64,000 nucleotides of DNA. It comes from an uncultured delta proteobacterium. GTDB lineage: Bacteria; Desulfobacterota; Binatia; UBA9968. The position numbers and the translations under genes are program-made. This document shows, piece by piece, positions 30,838-40,940 of the stretch. Within the stretch, counting starts at the first letter, position 1. Each line of letters begins with the position of its first letter. The stretch is from positions 160,001 to 224,000 of the forward strand of contig CAVUVW010000021.1 in NCBI GenBank assembly GCA_963745035.1, given 5' to 3'. Under the pieces are notes generated by a model. The model was not told the DNA's origin, did no database searches, and saw only the letters and a list, made by a program, of their open reading frames with translations.

Positions 30838-31365
30838 TTGTCCTTGAATTCCACTGAAGCGGCGCACGCTATTGTCGGCGCGCTGCGCGGCGCCGGCATC
30901 GATCTCGTCGCCACGCTGCCCGACATCAATCTCGCGGAGCTCTTGCGCGCGGTCGAAGAGTCGCGCGGGCTGACGCACGTGCCGGTCTGCCGCGAAGAAG
31001 AGGGCATCGGCATTTGCGCGGGCGCCTATCTCGTCGGTAAGAAGTGCGCGGCGATCATGCAGAACGGCGGCTTTTTCAACAGCAACAATGCAATCGTCAG
31101 CACCTTGCTGCAATACCAGATTCCGTTGCTGCTGTTGATTTACTATGCCGGCGACGTCGGCGACCGCACTTTCAGCACCACCGGGAGCTTGACCGAGCCG
31201 GTGCTGCAAGCTTTGGGAATCCGTTATTACGTCGCGCGCGAAACCGAAGACGCAGTGGAATTGATTCGCCGCGCGCAAGTCTTGACCGAGGACGCGAAGC
31301 GCCCGGTCGCGTTGCTCTTGACCAAGGAGTTCCTCGGCCGCCGTTCAGCGCTCAAGGGGCTGTAG
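30838..31365 (+). CDS. ThDP-dependent decarboxylase alpha subunit (sulfopyruvate decarboxylase ComD-like)
   Basis: REEEGIGICAGAYL and MQNGG motifs. Confidence 0.85.
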   Translation: MSLNSTEAAHAIVGALRGAGIDLVATLPDINLAELLRAVEESRGLTHVPVCREEEGIGICAGAYLVGKKCAAIMQNGGFFNSNNAIVSTLLQYQIPLLLLIYYAGDVGDRTFSTTGSLTEPVLQALGIRYYVARETEDAVELIRRAQVLTEDAKRPVALLLTKEFLGRRSALKGL

Positions 31366-31402
31366 CGAAGGAGAATTTTTTCCGCCTGGATTCGTCGGAG
31401 CC

Positions 31403-32008
31403 ATGCAGAGATTTGAATGTCTGAAAATCCTTGCCCCGTTGTCCGGCGATGCGCTCGCCGTGAGCTCGGCCGGGGCGGTGACCCTCGAATGGCATGCGCT
31501 GCGGCCGGGGGACGGCAACTTTCGGGTGCGCACCCTCGGGCTCTGCTCCTCGATCGCTCTCGGCATGGCGCTCGGCTTGGCGGAGCGCAGGGTCATCGCG
31601 CTCGACGGCGACGGCTCGCTGCTGATGAATCTGTGCTCGCTCCCGACCATCGCGCGCATGAAGCCGAAAAATCTGCTGCACGTGGTTTTCGACAACGAAG
31701 TCTATGAAGCTTCGGGGAGCAAAAAGACCGCCACCGGCGCGGGCGCGGATCTGGTCGGGCTGGCGCGCGCCGCCGGCATCGAAAATGCCCATTGGGCAAA
31801 CTCGCTCGAAGCGTTTGCGCGCGCCGCAGAGCGAGCCCTCGTGAGCGATGGGCCGTCTTTCATCGGCGTCAAGGTCGGCGTCGAGCGCGCCGCGGTCGCG
31901 CCCTATCCGATCGACGAAGTGGAAAACAAGTATCGCTTCATCCGCTACGTCGAAAAGAGCGCCAAGATCGATATTCTCAAAACCAGCTTGCCGGCGAGCT
32001 ACGATTGA
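31403..32008 (+). CDS. ThDP-dependent decarboxylase beta subunit (ComE-like)
   Basis: DGDGSLLMNL...DNEVYEASG ThDP-binding motif. Confidence 0.85.
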   Translation: MQRFECLKILAPLSGDALAVSSAGAVTLEWHALRPGDGNFRVRTLGLCSSIALGMALGLAERRVIALDGDGSLLMNLCSLPTIARMKPKNLLHVVFDNEVYEASGSKKTATGAGADLVGLARAAGIENAHWANSLEAFARAAERALVSDGPSFIGVKVGVERAAVAPYPIDEVENKYRFIRYVEKSAKIDILKTSLPASYD

Positions 32009-32033
32009 GCGCGGCGGCCGATTATCGCATCGC

Positions 32034-33050
32034 ATGAAAATCGATATCGAGTTCAATTCGGGCGCGCAGTTGCCGATGGACGCAATCCCGGAGCTCGCTC
32101 AGCTGGCCGAGAGCCATGGCTTCGATTGCGCCTGGGGCGGCGAGGCTAACAACAAGGATCCCACGGTGATGCTTTCGGCGATCGCCGCGGTCACCACACG
32201 ACTCAAAGTCGGTTCCGCCGTGTATCACATTCTCGGCCGGACGCCGGCGACGTTGGCGCTGCAAGCCGCGGGCTTGGACGAGCTCTCGTCGGGCCGGTTT
32301 CTCCTCGGCATCGGTTCTTCCAATCCGACGATCGCCAAGTGGCACGGGCAAAGCATGGATCATCCGCTCGGCCGGGTCGAGGAGTACGTCGAGATCACGC
32401 GTGCGGCGTTGCGCGGCGAGAAGCTGAGTTTTACCGGCAGATTCTTCGCCGCGCAAAATTTCAAAATGGCCTTCAAGCCCTCCGGCCGCGCGATTCCGAT
32501 TTACCTCGCCGCCTTCGGACCGAAGATGACGCGGCTTGCCGGGCGCATTTCGGACGGTGTGTTGATCAACATGGCCAATCCGGCGGAGATTCGGCGCATC
32601 GCCGCGGAAGTAAAGGCCGGCGCCGCGGAAGCGGGTAAAGATCCGGCCGCGATGGAAGTCATCTGCAAGATTCGCTGCTCCATCGCGAACAACTACGCAA
32701 CGGCGCGCGACGCGCTCAGCCACGCGCTTGCCTATTATGCGCTGGCGGATTACTACCGCGAGCTGCTAGGTCGCATGGGCTTTGCCGGCGAAGTCGAAGC
32801 GATGCGCGCCGCCTGGAAGGTGGAAGGATTTCACGCTGCGCGCCGCTTGATCACCGATCGCATGTTCGATTCCTTGCCGCTCGTCGCCGCGACTTCCGCG
32901 CGCGAAGTCGTCGAGCAAATCCGGCCCTACGCGGAGGCCGGCGCGACGCGGATCATCTTGCCCTACGTCGCGGCATCCGAGGACCTGGTCAACGAGATGA
33001 AGAGCTTCATCCGATACTGGAGCCCGGCGACCACCGGCGGAGACTTCTAG
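32034..33050 (+). CDS. LLM-class flavin/F420-dependent oxidoreductase
   Basis: LDELSSGRFLLGIG and IYLAAFGPKMTRLAGRISDG motifs. Confidence 0.88.
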   Translation: MKIDIEFNSGAQLPMDAIPELAQLAESHGFDCAWGGEANNKDPTVMLSAIAAVTTRLKVGSAVYHILGRTPATLALQAAGLDELSSGRFLLGIGSSNPTIAKWHGQSMDHPLGRVEEYVEITRAALRGEKLSFTGRFFAAQNFKMAFKPSGRAIPIYLAAFGPKMTRLAGRISDGVLINMANPAEIRRIAAEVKAGAAEAGKDPAAMEVICKIRCSIANNYATARDALSHALAYYALADYYRELLGRMGFAGEVEAMRAAWKVEGFHAARRLITDRMFDSLPLVAATSAREVVEQIRPYAEAGATRIILPYVAASEDLVNEMKSFIRYWSPATTGGDF

Positions 33051-33061
33051 GAGGACGCGGC

Positions 33062-33463
33062 ATGTCATTTGAGCTGATCGATCCCGCTGGGTTGGAGTCG
33101 CCGGTTGGCTATGCCCACGTGGCAAAGATTACTGGAGGCACGATCGTTCATATCGCCGGCCAGGCGCCGTTCAACGAAAAAGGCGAGGTCGTCGGCAAGG
33201 GAGATTTCGTCGCCCAGTTCACTCAGGTCATGCGCAATCTAAAAACCGCCGTGGGAGGCGCGGGAGGAACGCCGACGCAATATGCGGTGCTGACAATCTA
33301 CATCACCAATCTGGAAGCCTACTGGGACAACAAAAAGCCGTTGGGAAAAGCCTATCGAGAAGTGTTCGGTAAATATTTTCCGGCGATCACGTTGGTCGAA
33401 GTGAAGCGCCTTTACAATCCAGATTGTATGATCGAGATTTCCGGGATCGCGGTGCTGGACTAA
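33062..33463 (+). CDS. RidA/YjgF family protein
   Basis: GYAH, IAGQ, FPAITLVEV and IEISG motifs. Confidence 0.88.
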   Translation: MSFELIDPAGLESPVGYAHVAKITGGTIVHIAGQAPFNEKGEVVGKGDFVAQFTQVMRNLKTAVGGAGGTPTQYAVLTIYITNLEAYWDNKKPLGKAYREVFGKYFPAITLVEVKRLYNPDCMIEISGIAVLD

Positions 33464-33604
33464 AGCTGCAATGACATCCTCGGCGGGATTTTCCTTCACG
33501 AACCGCCATTTTTTGCGTCGAATTCGACAATCTTTGCTCAACTTACCGACAGGCCATGTCGATCAAACCTGATGAAATTCAGAAAATTCAATAGATTAGC
33601 ATCG

Positions 33605-33620
33605 TGGCACTTCTCTTGCT
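33605..33620 (+). promoter_or_regulatory. Sigma-54 -24/-12 promoter
   Basis: TGGCAC-TTCTC-TTGCT matches TGGCAC-N5-TTGCW; about 40 bp upstream of the 33663 ORF. Confidence 0.7.
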
Positions 33621-33662
33621 TTTCTAAAGCGCATCAATCGAGAAGGCGGTTATCAACCGACG

Positions 33663-33872
33663 ATGATTCCAATGAACACGCTATCAGCCCTGGACAGAGA
33701 ACGAGATCAGGATCTTTTCGAAAGTGTCACTGAAGAAGAGATCATTCATCTATGGCGTTCGATTAAGGGTCGCGGCCTTTCCGAGGATGAGGCTTGGCAG
33801 GCGGTTGTCACCGGGATTGCTCTGGATATGGCCTTCGCCAAAAGCCGAAACTCCACTCAAATCGAGCACTAG
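33663..33872 (+). CDS. Small hypothetical protein (69 aa)
   Basis: ORF downstream of the sigma-54 motif; helical-looking sequence. Confidence 0.55.
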   Translation: MIPMNTLSALDRERDQDLFESVTEEEIIHLWRSIKGRGLSEDEAWQAVVTGIALDMAFAKSRNSTQIEH

Positions 33873-34038
33873 ACCGAAGCTCCCGGGCGCGCGGAGCATA
33901 TTCAATCCTTACCACGCGGCAAAGCTCAGTTTTTGAGTTTTGTCGGTTCTTTCGGCGGGGCGGCCAAGCTCCCGCTACATTGACTCCCACGAGAAAATTT
34001 GGTTGAATCGTCGCATATTTGCTTCTCTGGGGGCCTTC

Positions 34039-34233
34039 ATGTCACGGATCACGGTAGAAGATTGCCTGCAAAAGGTGAACAATCGATTCGAACTGGTCAT
34101 GCTGGCCTCGAAGCGGGCGCGGCAACTCTTCAAAGGAGCCAAGCCCTTGATCGACTCCGATAACCGCGAGGTTGTGGTGGCACTACGCGAAATCGCGGAC
34201 GGAAAAGTGCGAAAGGCTGACGGCCAGACTTGA
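34039..34233 (+). CDS. rpoZ: RNA polymerase omega subunit
   Basis: [10 protein letters not shown]...[16 protein letters not shown]...VALREI. Confidence 0.95.
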   Translation: MSRITVEDCLQKVNNRFELVMLASKRARQLFKGAKPLIDSDNREVVVALREIADGKVRKADGQT

Positions 34234-34375
34234 TCCGCACCGCGCGATCGCAGTCGCGCGTGCTGTCCCTGATTGCCGACTATTGCTCCGCTGCACGTCA
34301 CGTTCGCTCGCTTATTCAACTGAAGCATCCGTTCCTCACATCTCGCTCTTTGGCGCGGGGTGACTGAAGCCGCTC

Positions 34376-35335
34376 ATGGCCGAAGAAGACAACAACGCCG
34401 AGCTCAACTTTTCCCTACCCGAAATCGCTCTGCCTCAGCTTGCCGGGGATGAGGACGGCGCCGACGGCAGCCGGCGTAAGGCGCTCGTCCCATTCGACCC
34501 GTTACAGCGCTATCTTTCGGAAATTCGCCGGTTCGCCTTGCTCAGCCGCGAGGAGGAGCATCGGCTGGCCGTGCAGTACAAAGAATACGGCGATGTCGAA
34601 GCCGCCTACAAGCTCGTCACGGCGAATCTCCGACTGGTAGTGATGATCGCCCGCGAGTACCAGAAGGCGTTCAAGAACCTGTTGGATCTGATCCAGGAAG
34701 GGAACATGGGGTTGATGGAGGCGGTGAAGAACTTCGATCCCTATCGCGGTGTTCGGTTTCCCTCTTACGCGGTGTGGTGGATCCGCGCCTACATGATTCG
34801 CTACATCATGAACGACTGGCGCATGGTAAAGATCGGCACCACGCAAGCGCAGCGCAAGCTTTTTTTCAATCTCCAGAAGGAGAAGGATAGGATCGAGGCG
34901 GAAGGGCTCACGCCCGGTCCCAAGCTGTTGGCGCAGCGTTTGAACGTAAAGGAGGATGAAGTCGTCGAAATGGAACAGCGGCTGGCAAGCCGCGATCTTT
35001 CAGTCGACGTACCAATCGGCGACGACGAAGAAGCGACCATGCTGAGCTTCCTGCACGACACCAAACAGACTCCGGAAGAAGAGATCGCCGAAACCCAATA
35101 TCGCGACCTGCTGCGCGACAAAATGGAGCAGTTCGCCAAGGGACTCAAGGACAAGGAGCTGGTGATTTACCGCGAAAGGCTGCTCAACGAGGATCCGCTG
35201 ACTTTGCGCGAGATCGGCGAAAAATACGGTATCAGCCGGGAGCGCGTCCGGCAAATCGAAGAACGGGTCAAGAAAAAACTCAAGAACTATCTGAAAGACT
35301 TTAAAGACGTCACCGACGTCTCGGATGCGAACTAA
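34376..35335 (+). CDS. rpoH: RNA polymerase sigma-32 factor
   Basis: DLIQEGNMGLM; RpoH box TTQAQRKLFFNL; region 4 SRERVRQIE. Confidence 0.88.
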   Translation: MAEEDNNAELNFSLPEIALPQLAGDEDGADGSRRKALVPFDPLQRYLSEIRRFALLSREEEHRLAVQYKEYGDVEAAYKLVTANLRLVVMIAREYQKAFKNLLDLIQEGNMGLMEAVKNFDPYRGVRFPSYAVWWIRAYMIRYIMNDWRMVKIGTTQAQRKLFFNLQKEKDRIEAEGLTPGPKLLAQRLNVKEDEVVEMEQRLASRDLSVDVPIGDDEEATMLSFLHDTKQTPEEEIAETQYRDLLRDKMEQFAKGLKDKELVIYRERLLNEDPLTLREIGEKYGISRERVRQIEERVKKKLKNYLKDFKDVTDVSDAN

Positions 35336-35480
35336 TCTCGACCGGCAAACCGGCCGCTGCCTTCGTCTTCTCCTCATCGCACAGCTCGCTTAATCGTCCG
35401 GCGCGCATGACGTCGCGCTTTGCTTGCGCGCTCCGAACAGTTCTGATACCAAAAAAGGGACAGCGATTCGGAGGAAAATC

Positions 35481-35933
35481 TTGCAATTTCAAAAAGAAGT
35501 GGAAATTCTCGCGCCGCGAGAGAAGGTTTGGAATTTCATCTGGGACGTGGATCGATTCATCGCCTGCGTGCCGGGCTGCAAGGAGGCGAAGACGATCGAG
35601 GCGGGAAAGAAATACTCCGCGACGATGGTCGAAAAGGTGGGGCCATTCAAAGTCGAATTCCCGACCCAGATCGAGGTCCTCGAGCGCGAGGAATTATCGC
35701 ACATCAAGGCGCAGGCTTCCGGAGCGGACAACAAGATCGGCAGTCGCATGAAAGTGGATCTGGACGTCAACTTACGTGAGCAGGACGGCCGAACCGTGCT
35801 CGGCTTCGTGGCCGGCGTCGATATCCTGGGAAAACTCGCGGCTCTGGGTCACGGCATCATCAAGCGCAAAGCCGATCAAGTGCTCGATGAATTTGCCCAG
35901 GCGGTCAAGAAGCGGATGGAAGGAGACGCTTGA
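35481..35933 (+). CDS. CoxG/SRPBCC family protein
   Basis: VWNFIWD...CVPGC and KVGP motifs; TTG start with GGAGG RBS. Confidence 0.82.
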   Translation: MQFQKEVEILAPREKVWNFIWDVDRFIACVPGCKEAKTIEAGKKYSATMVEKVGPFKVEFPTQIEVLEREELSHIKAQASGADNKIGSRMKVDLDVNLREQDGRTVLGFVAGVDILGKLAALGHGIIKRKADQVLDEFAQAVKKRMEGDA

Positions 35934-36784
35934 TGCTGCGCCGATTTCGGCTGGAAGAACCGGAAACGGTCGGCGAGGCTTCCGAGCTCTTAGGCCGGTT
36001 CGGCGAAAGCGCGAAAGTTTACGCCGGCGGCACCGAGTTGCTCCTGGCGATGAAAGAGGGATTGGTACAGTACGAGCGCCTCATCAATGTGAAAAAACTC
36101 ACAGGACTCAGCGAGGTCGCCGCAGCGGATGGGGTGATCAAGATCGGCGCATTGTGCACGCACCATGAGCTTGAAAAATCGGAGCTGCTTCGAGACAAAC
36201 TGCCGGCCTTATACAAGCTCGAACAAAACGTCGCCAACGTTCGCGTGCGACAATCGGGGACCCTGGGAGGCAATCTCTGTTTCGCCGAGCCGCATGCCGA
36301 TCCCGGCACGCTCTTGATGGCGCTCGGCGCCAAGTTGGTTGCCGAAAAGTCTTCGGGCAAGCGCGAGATTGCCGCAGAGGACTTTTTTGTCGACGCCTAC
36401 GAAACTTCACTGCAAGCGGACGAAGTGCTCACCGAGATCCGCATACCCGCTCCGACCGAGCACTCGCGCAGCGCCTACTTGAAATTCGGCTATCTCGAAC
36501 GACCGAGTGTGGGCGTCGCCGTGGCGTTTCACAGGAACGGCGGCGGCCTGAGCGAAGTCAAAATCGCCGTAGGCTGCGCCGGACCCGCGCCGCGCCGGGT
36601 TCCGGAGGCGGAGGCGCTGCTCAACGGCAAGAGCAGGGAAGAGGCCGAGCGCAGCTTGGCGCAGGCGGGCGCGGTTGCCGGGCGTGAGTCCCAGGCGATC
36701 AGCGACCTGCACGGCTCGCAAGAATACAAGGAGCATATCGTCGGAGTGCTTTTGAAACGCGCTTTTCAAAGCGCGGCCGCTTAG
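35930..36784 (+). CDS. Xanthine dehydrogenase-family FAD subunit (CoxM/CutM-like)
   Basis: AGGTEL, IGAL, VRQSGTLGGNLCFAEPHAD and SDLHGSQEYK motifs. Confidence 0.9.
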   Translation: MMLRRFRLEEPETVGEASELLGRFGESAKVYAGGTELLLAMKEGLVQYERLINVKKLTGLSEVAAADGVIKIGALCTHHELEKSELLRDKLPALYKLEQNVANVRVRQSGTLGGNLCFAEPHADPGTLLMALGAKLVAEKSSGKREIAAEDFFVDAYETSLQADEVLTEIRIPAPTEHSRSAYLKFGYLERPSVGVAVAFHRNGGGLSEVKIAVGCAGPAPRRVPEAEALLNGKSREEAERSLAQAGAVAGRESQAISDLHGSQEYKEHIVGVLLKRAFQSAAA

Positions 36785-36805
36785 CGCAGTGCGCGAGGAA
36801 ACTTC

Positions 36806-37315
36806 ATGGCCAGAGCGATGACCAGACATTCGGAATCTCAATTTATGCCGCTCTCGTTTACTTTAAACGGGCGCCCGCAGGAGCTCGAAGTGGAGCCGCA
36901 CGAGCTGCTCCTCGACGTCGTGCGCGAGCGCCTGGGTCTTACCGGGGTTAAGCGCTCGTGCGACGTGCAGGTTTGCGGCGCTTGCACTTTATTGGTCGAC
37001 GGCCGGCCGGTGAGCGCCTGCACGACGCTGGCTTTCGAGGTGCGCGGCCGTTCGGTGCTGACCATCGAAGGCTTGGCGGAAAACGGCAAGCTCCATCCGC
37101 TGCAGCAGGCGTTCATCGACCACGGCGGTTTCCAATGCGGTTTCTGCACGCCGGGAATGATTCTCGCCGCCAAGGCGCTCCTCGATGAAAATCCCCAGCC
37201 GAGCGAAGCGGAGCTCAAGCATTTTATGCACGGCAATATCTGCCGCTGCACGGGTTATAAAAAGATCATTGAGTCGATCATGGCGGCGGCGAAGGAAATG
37301 CGCGGGAACGCTTAA
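36806..37315 (+). CDS. Xanthine dehydrogenase-family 2Fe-2S subunit (CoxS/CutS-like)
   Basis: CDVQVCGACT, QCGFCTPG and GNICRCTGY motifs. Confidence 0.92.
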   Translation: MARAMTRHSESQFMPLSFTLNGRPQELEVEPHELLLDVVRERLGLTGVKRSCDVQVCGACTLLVDGRPVSACTTLAFEVRGRSVLTIEGLAENGKLHPLQQAFIDHGGFQCGFCTPGMILAAKALLDENPQPSEAELKHFMHGNICRCTGYKKIIESIMAAAKEMRGNA

Positions 37316-37319
37316 AGAA

Positions 37320-37488
37320 GTTCAAGTCGTTCAAATAGTTCGAGCCGTTCGAAGAAATCCGCTTTCTCGCCGGAATGACCAAGGAGTCGACCGATTCGTT
37401 CTCAAATTCGCGGAAGCTCGCAGATTGGAGCCGACGGTTGTTTAGCCTCAATCCGATAAACGTTTTGAACAGCTTGAACGATTTGAAC
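37320..37488. repeat. Second 9-nt-unit inverted-repeat element
   Basis: GTTC(A/G)A at 37320, 37329, 37338, 37347; TTGAAC at 37465, 37474, 37483; between convergent genes. Confidence 0.8.
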
Positions 37489-37496
37489 GTGCCAAG

Positions 37497-38917
37497 TCAG
37501 TCTTCGATCCCGTAATCCCTCCACCGGCTCGCGACTAAATCCAGATGCTCCTTCGGCGGCAGTGAAATCGCCGGGTAGGCGTGCTTGCGCGTGGCATCGA
37601 TCGCCACGCGCGAACCGACGTAACGGGTCGGGTGATGCTGCGGCACGTCTGCCGGCGCCTGGGATGGGTCGAGGCCGACCGCTTGGACGTCCCTTTCGAT
37701 GTAGATGTCCTTGTCCGGCCGGACGTGCCAGCTTAGCGCCCAATCGACGGCGAAGTCGTCCCAGATGTCGATATCGTCATCGACGACCACTGTAAATTTT
37801 CCAAAGCCGGTGCGCATCGACCACGCGCCGTACATGAGCTGGCGCACCTGGCCGTCGAACTGCTTTTTGAGCGAGATGACAAGATAAGCGCCGCTGCCGC
37901 CGGCTTCCTTGAGGCGCACGTCTTTGATCGGAATGCGCAGAATGTCTCGCACGTGCTTGATCAGCGGCCACTCGCGGCCGACGGCGCGGATGCAGCTCGA
38001 CTCCGACGGCGGCATCTGACTGATGAACGCCTGATACCATGGGTTGTTGCGAAAGGTCATGCACGTGATGTTGAAGAACGGCTCATTGCCCGCCGGACCC
38101 ATATAGCCGGTATATTCGCCGAAGGGTCCTTCCGGTTCGATGCTGTTGGCCGGGATCTCGCCTTCCAAAACGATTTCCGCGCTCGCGGGAACTTCCAGCG
38201 GCACGGTCTCGCACGGCACCAAGTCCACCGCCTCGCCGCGCAGCGCGCCGGCCACGGCGAACTCGTCCAACGTCTCCGACATCTTGGAAACCGACACGTA
38301 GCCGATGGTGGGATCGGCGCCGATCACGACGGCCATCGGCGTCGGCTGGTTCTTCGCGTTGTTTTTGAGAATATGCCAGGAGGCGTCCTGGCGCTTGCCG
38401 ATCAGCAGACCGGTTTTGTTCGGCCCTTTGACCTGCATTCGATACGTTCCGACGTTGCGCACGCCGGTCTCGGGATCTTTCGTGATCAAGTAGGGCGAGG
38501 TGAAAAACGGCCCCGGATCTTCGCCCACCGTCCAAATCGGCACCGGCAGCTTGGTGATGTCCACGTCCTTGCCGTGCAGGATGTTGTCTTTGCACGGCGC
38601 GTTTTTACCATGCGCGGCGCGATCGGATTGCCGAGCGCGTGGTCCCATTTGCGGTTGATGCCTTCGATCGAGTCGGTTTCCAGCCCGAGCGCGTAGATCT
38701 CCCGCGATGCGCCGAGCACGCCGGCGACCACCGGTATTTTGAAGCCCTTGACGTTTTCGAACATCAGCGCCGGCCGCTTGTGCGGCGCGATCTTTTTGAA
38801 CAACTGCCGGCAGACTGCGGCGATCTCCCAGTCCTTGTCGACTTCCTTGGTGACGCGCTTGAGTTTGCCTTTTTCTTCGAGGGTCGCGACGTAGTCGCGC
38901 AAATCGCGGTAAGCCAT
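37497..38917 (-). CDS. UbiD-family decarboxylase (frameshift near 38605)
   Basis: YRDLRDY, RNVGTYRMQV, EGPFGEYTGY, VVDDDID and IDATRK motifs. Confidence 0.9.
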
Positions 38918-39081
38918 GAATCCTCCGCCGATCACGAAAAAATTTTTCGTATACTAAGCAGAAATACTTTACATATCAACGATCGCGTTGTGAAAGTCTG
39001 CTGAGCAGCGAGTTGACCGCACGGACGCGATTGTCCGGTGAAGAGAAAAAACGCGAAAATCGCGCGCGACGGACGCGCGGT

Positions 39082-40005
39082 CTATGCCCTGATCTCGGCG
39101 CGCATGAAGATGATGTAGGAAATACCGAAGCAGACGGCCACCAGGCCAAAGATCGTCGTGATGTGCGGCCAGATGAGAATCAAACTCTGCTCGAGGGCCA
39201 GCGGCGTCGGCAAGATGCCTTCGGCTTGGCTCTGCAGCGCCATGCCGAAGACCCGCGCCGCGGGGTTGAGCAGCACTCCGACGCTCTCGTTGAAAAGAGT
39301 GCTGGGCGAGATCCGATCAATCACGTTCTCGACATCCGCCCGGCGCGAAAGCGCTTCAGGAGTCGTCGCCTCTGGCACGATCAAACCGGCGATTCCCGCG
39401 CTGATGAGGGAGATAAATAGCGATAGGAACAGCCACACCGCCATCGAGGCAAGAGCCGCGGTAACCGTTTTTTGGAAAAGCAACGAAAATAGCATGGCCA
39501 GCGCGAGCCAGAAACCGACGTAGAAGATCCCCACGGTAGTGAAAATCAGCATACGCCAAATTTCCTCGTTATTCGGCGGAAAGCCGAGAATCGTTGTCCC
39601 CAGGCCGATGACCAGAAGCAAGATAGATCCCCACAGCACGGCGACGGTGGTCAGACCCGCAAAGAACTTTCCGTTGATGAAACTATCGCGATAGATCGGT
39701 TGCGAGAGTACGCGGCTGAGTGTACCGCGGGCATATTCGCCGCTGATCGAATCGAATCCCAGCGTAATGCCAACCAGTGGCCCGAAAAAACCGAGAAAGG
39801 TCGCAAGCGAGAAAATGGATTCACCGCTCGATGTCAGCAGAAGCAAGAACGCGTACTGCGGAGGAACGGTGTCGGTGTTTTGCCGAATCGCTTGTCCGGT
39901 AGCGTAGGCGGCCCACAGGCCCGAGAAGACGATGAGGATCAGCAGGATCATGAAGCGGCGGCTGCTGAAATGGTCCGCCAATTCCTTCCAGAACACGACA
40001 CTCAT
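39082..40005 (-). CDS. ABC-2 type transporter permease
   Basis: KELADHF and LGFDSISGEYARGTLSRVLSQPIYR motifs. Confidence 0.88.
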   Translation of the reverse strand: MSVVFWKELADHFSSRRFMILLILIVFSGLWAAYATGQAIRQNTDTVPPQYAFLLLLTSSGESIFSLATFLGFFGPLVGITLGFDSISGEYARGTLSRVLSQPIYRDSFINGKFFAGLTTVAVLWGSILLLVIGLGTTILGFPPNNEEIWRMLIFTTVGIFYVGFWLALAMLFSLLFQKTVTAALASMAVWLFLSLFISLISAGIAGLIVPEATTPEALSRRADVENVIDRISPSTLFNESVGVLLNPAARVFGMALQSQAEGILPTPLALEQSLILIWPHITTIFGLVAVCFGISYIIFMRAEIRA

Positions 40006-40007
40006 GT

Positions 40008-40940
40008 TTAGGCCTCGCGGAAATACTTCAGATAGATCTCTTCTAAGGTCGGGTCTTCCGAACGCAGCTGCAACAGTTGCAGCCCTTTGCGCGAAACCAC
40101 CGACACGACTTCGGGGCGGACATCACTGGTGCAGCGGAGAAACAGGCCGTGAGGACGCTTCTCGATCTCGTCGACGCCGGGAATGCTTTGGAGATCACGC
40201 TCAAGACCATTGGCGTCACCCCTTACTTCCAGCAGAAAATTCCACTGGCGGCCCTTTAAAATCGATTTGCCGAGCGTATCCATCTCGCCCTGAACGATCA
40301 TCTTGCCTTTGACGATGATACCGACCCGGCTACAGATTTCCTGGACCTGTTGGAGCTGATGCGAAGACAGCATGACGGTCAAACCATGCTCGCGATTCAA
40401 GCTCTTGATCATTTCGAGAATACGGATGGCGCCGTCGGGATCGATGCCGAGAGTGGGTTCGTCGAGAAACACCGCTATCGGCTTTTTAACCAGAACCTCG
40501 GCGATGCCGAGGCGCTGCTTCATGCCGCGGGAAAACTCCTTGACCAAGCGCCGCCCGTCGTCGGCAAGGCCGACTTGTTCCAACACATCAGCGGTCTTCT
40601 TGCGCGCCTCATCTTCGGGAATGCGATTGAGCCGCGCCATGTACAGCAGATTTTCTTTGGCGCTGATGTCGTCGTAGAAACCGGGATTTTCGGGCAAGTA
40701 GCCCACCCGGCGTTTCACTTCCAGCGATTCGAGCGTCGGATTGAATCCACACACGGAGACTTGACCCGCAGTCGGTTCGGTCAAACCCAGGAGCATCAGG
40801 ATCGTCGTGGTCTTGCCCGCGCCGTTCGGCCCGAGGAAGCCAAAAATCTCACCCTCCTCGATCGTCAGGTTGAGCGCGTTCACCGCGAGCTTTTCGCGAT
40901 AGCGCTTCGAGAGATCCTTGGTTTGAACGACGGTGCTCAT
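40008..40940 (-). CDS. ABC transporter ATP-binding protein
   Basis: GPNGAGKTT, FSRGMKQRL and LDEPT motifs. Confidence 0.93.
   Translation of the reverse strand: MSTVVQTKDLSKRYREKLAVNALNLTIEEGEIFGFLGPNGAGKTTTILMLLGLTEPTAGQVSVCGFNPTLESLEVKRRVGYLPENPGFYDDISAKENLLYMARLNRIPEDEARKKTADVLEQVGLADDGRRLVKEFSRGMKQRLGIAEVLVKKPIAVFLDEPTLGIDPDGAIRILEMIKSLNREHGLTVMLSSHQLQQVQEICSRVGIIVKGKMIVQGEMDTLGKSILKGRQWNFLLEVRGDANGLERDLQSIPGVDEIEKRPHGLFLRCTSDVRPEVVSVVSRKGLQLLQLRSEDPTLEEIYLKYFREA

Noticed and set aside
35481-37315. Aerobic CO dehydrogenase
   Set aside because: No CoxL with the AYxCSFR motif; M and S subunits are generic to the xanthine dehydrogenase family.
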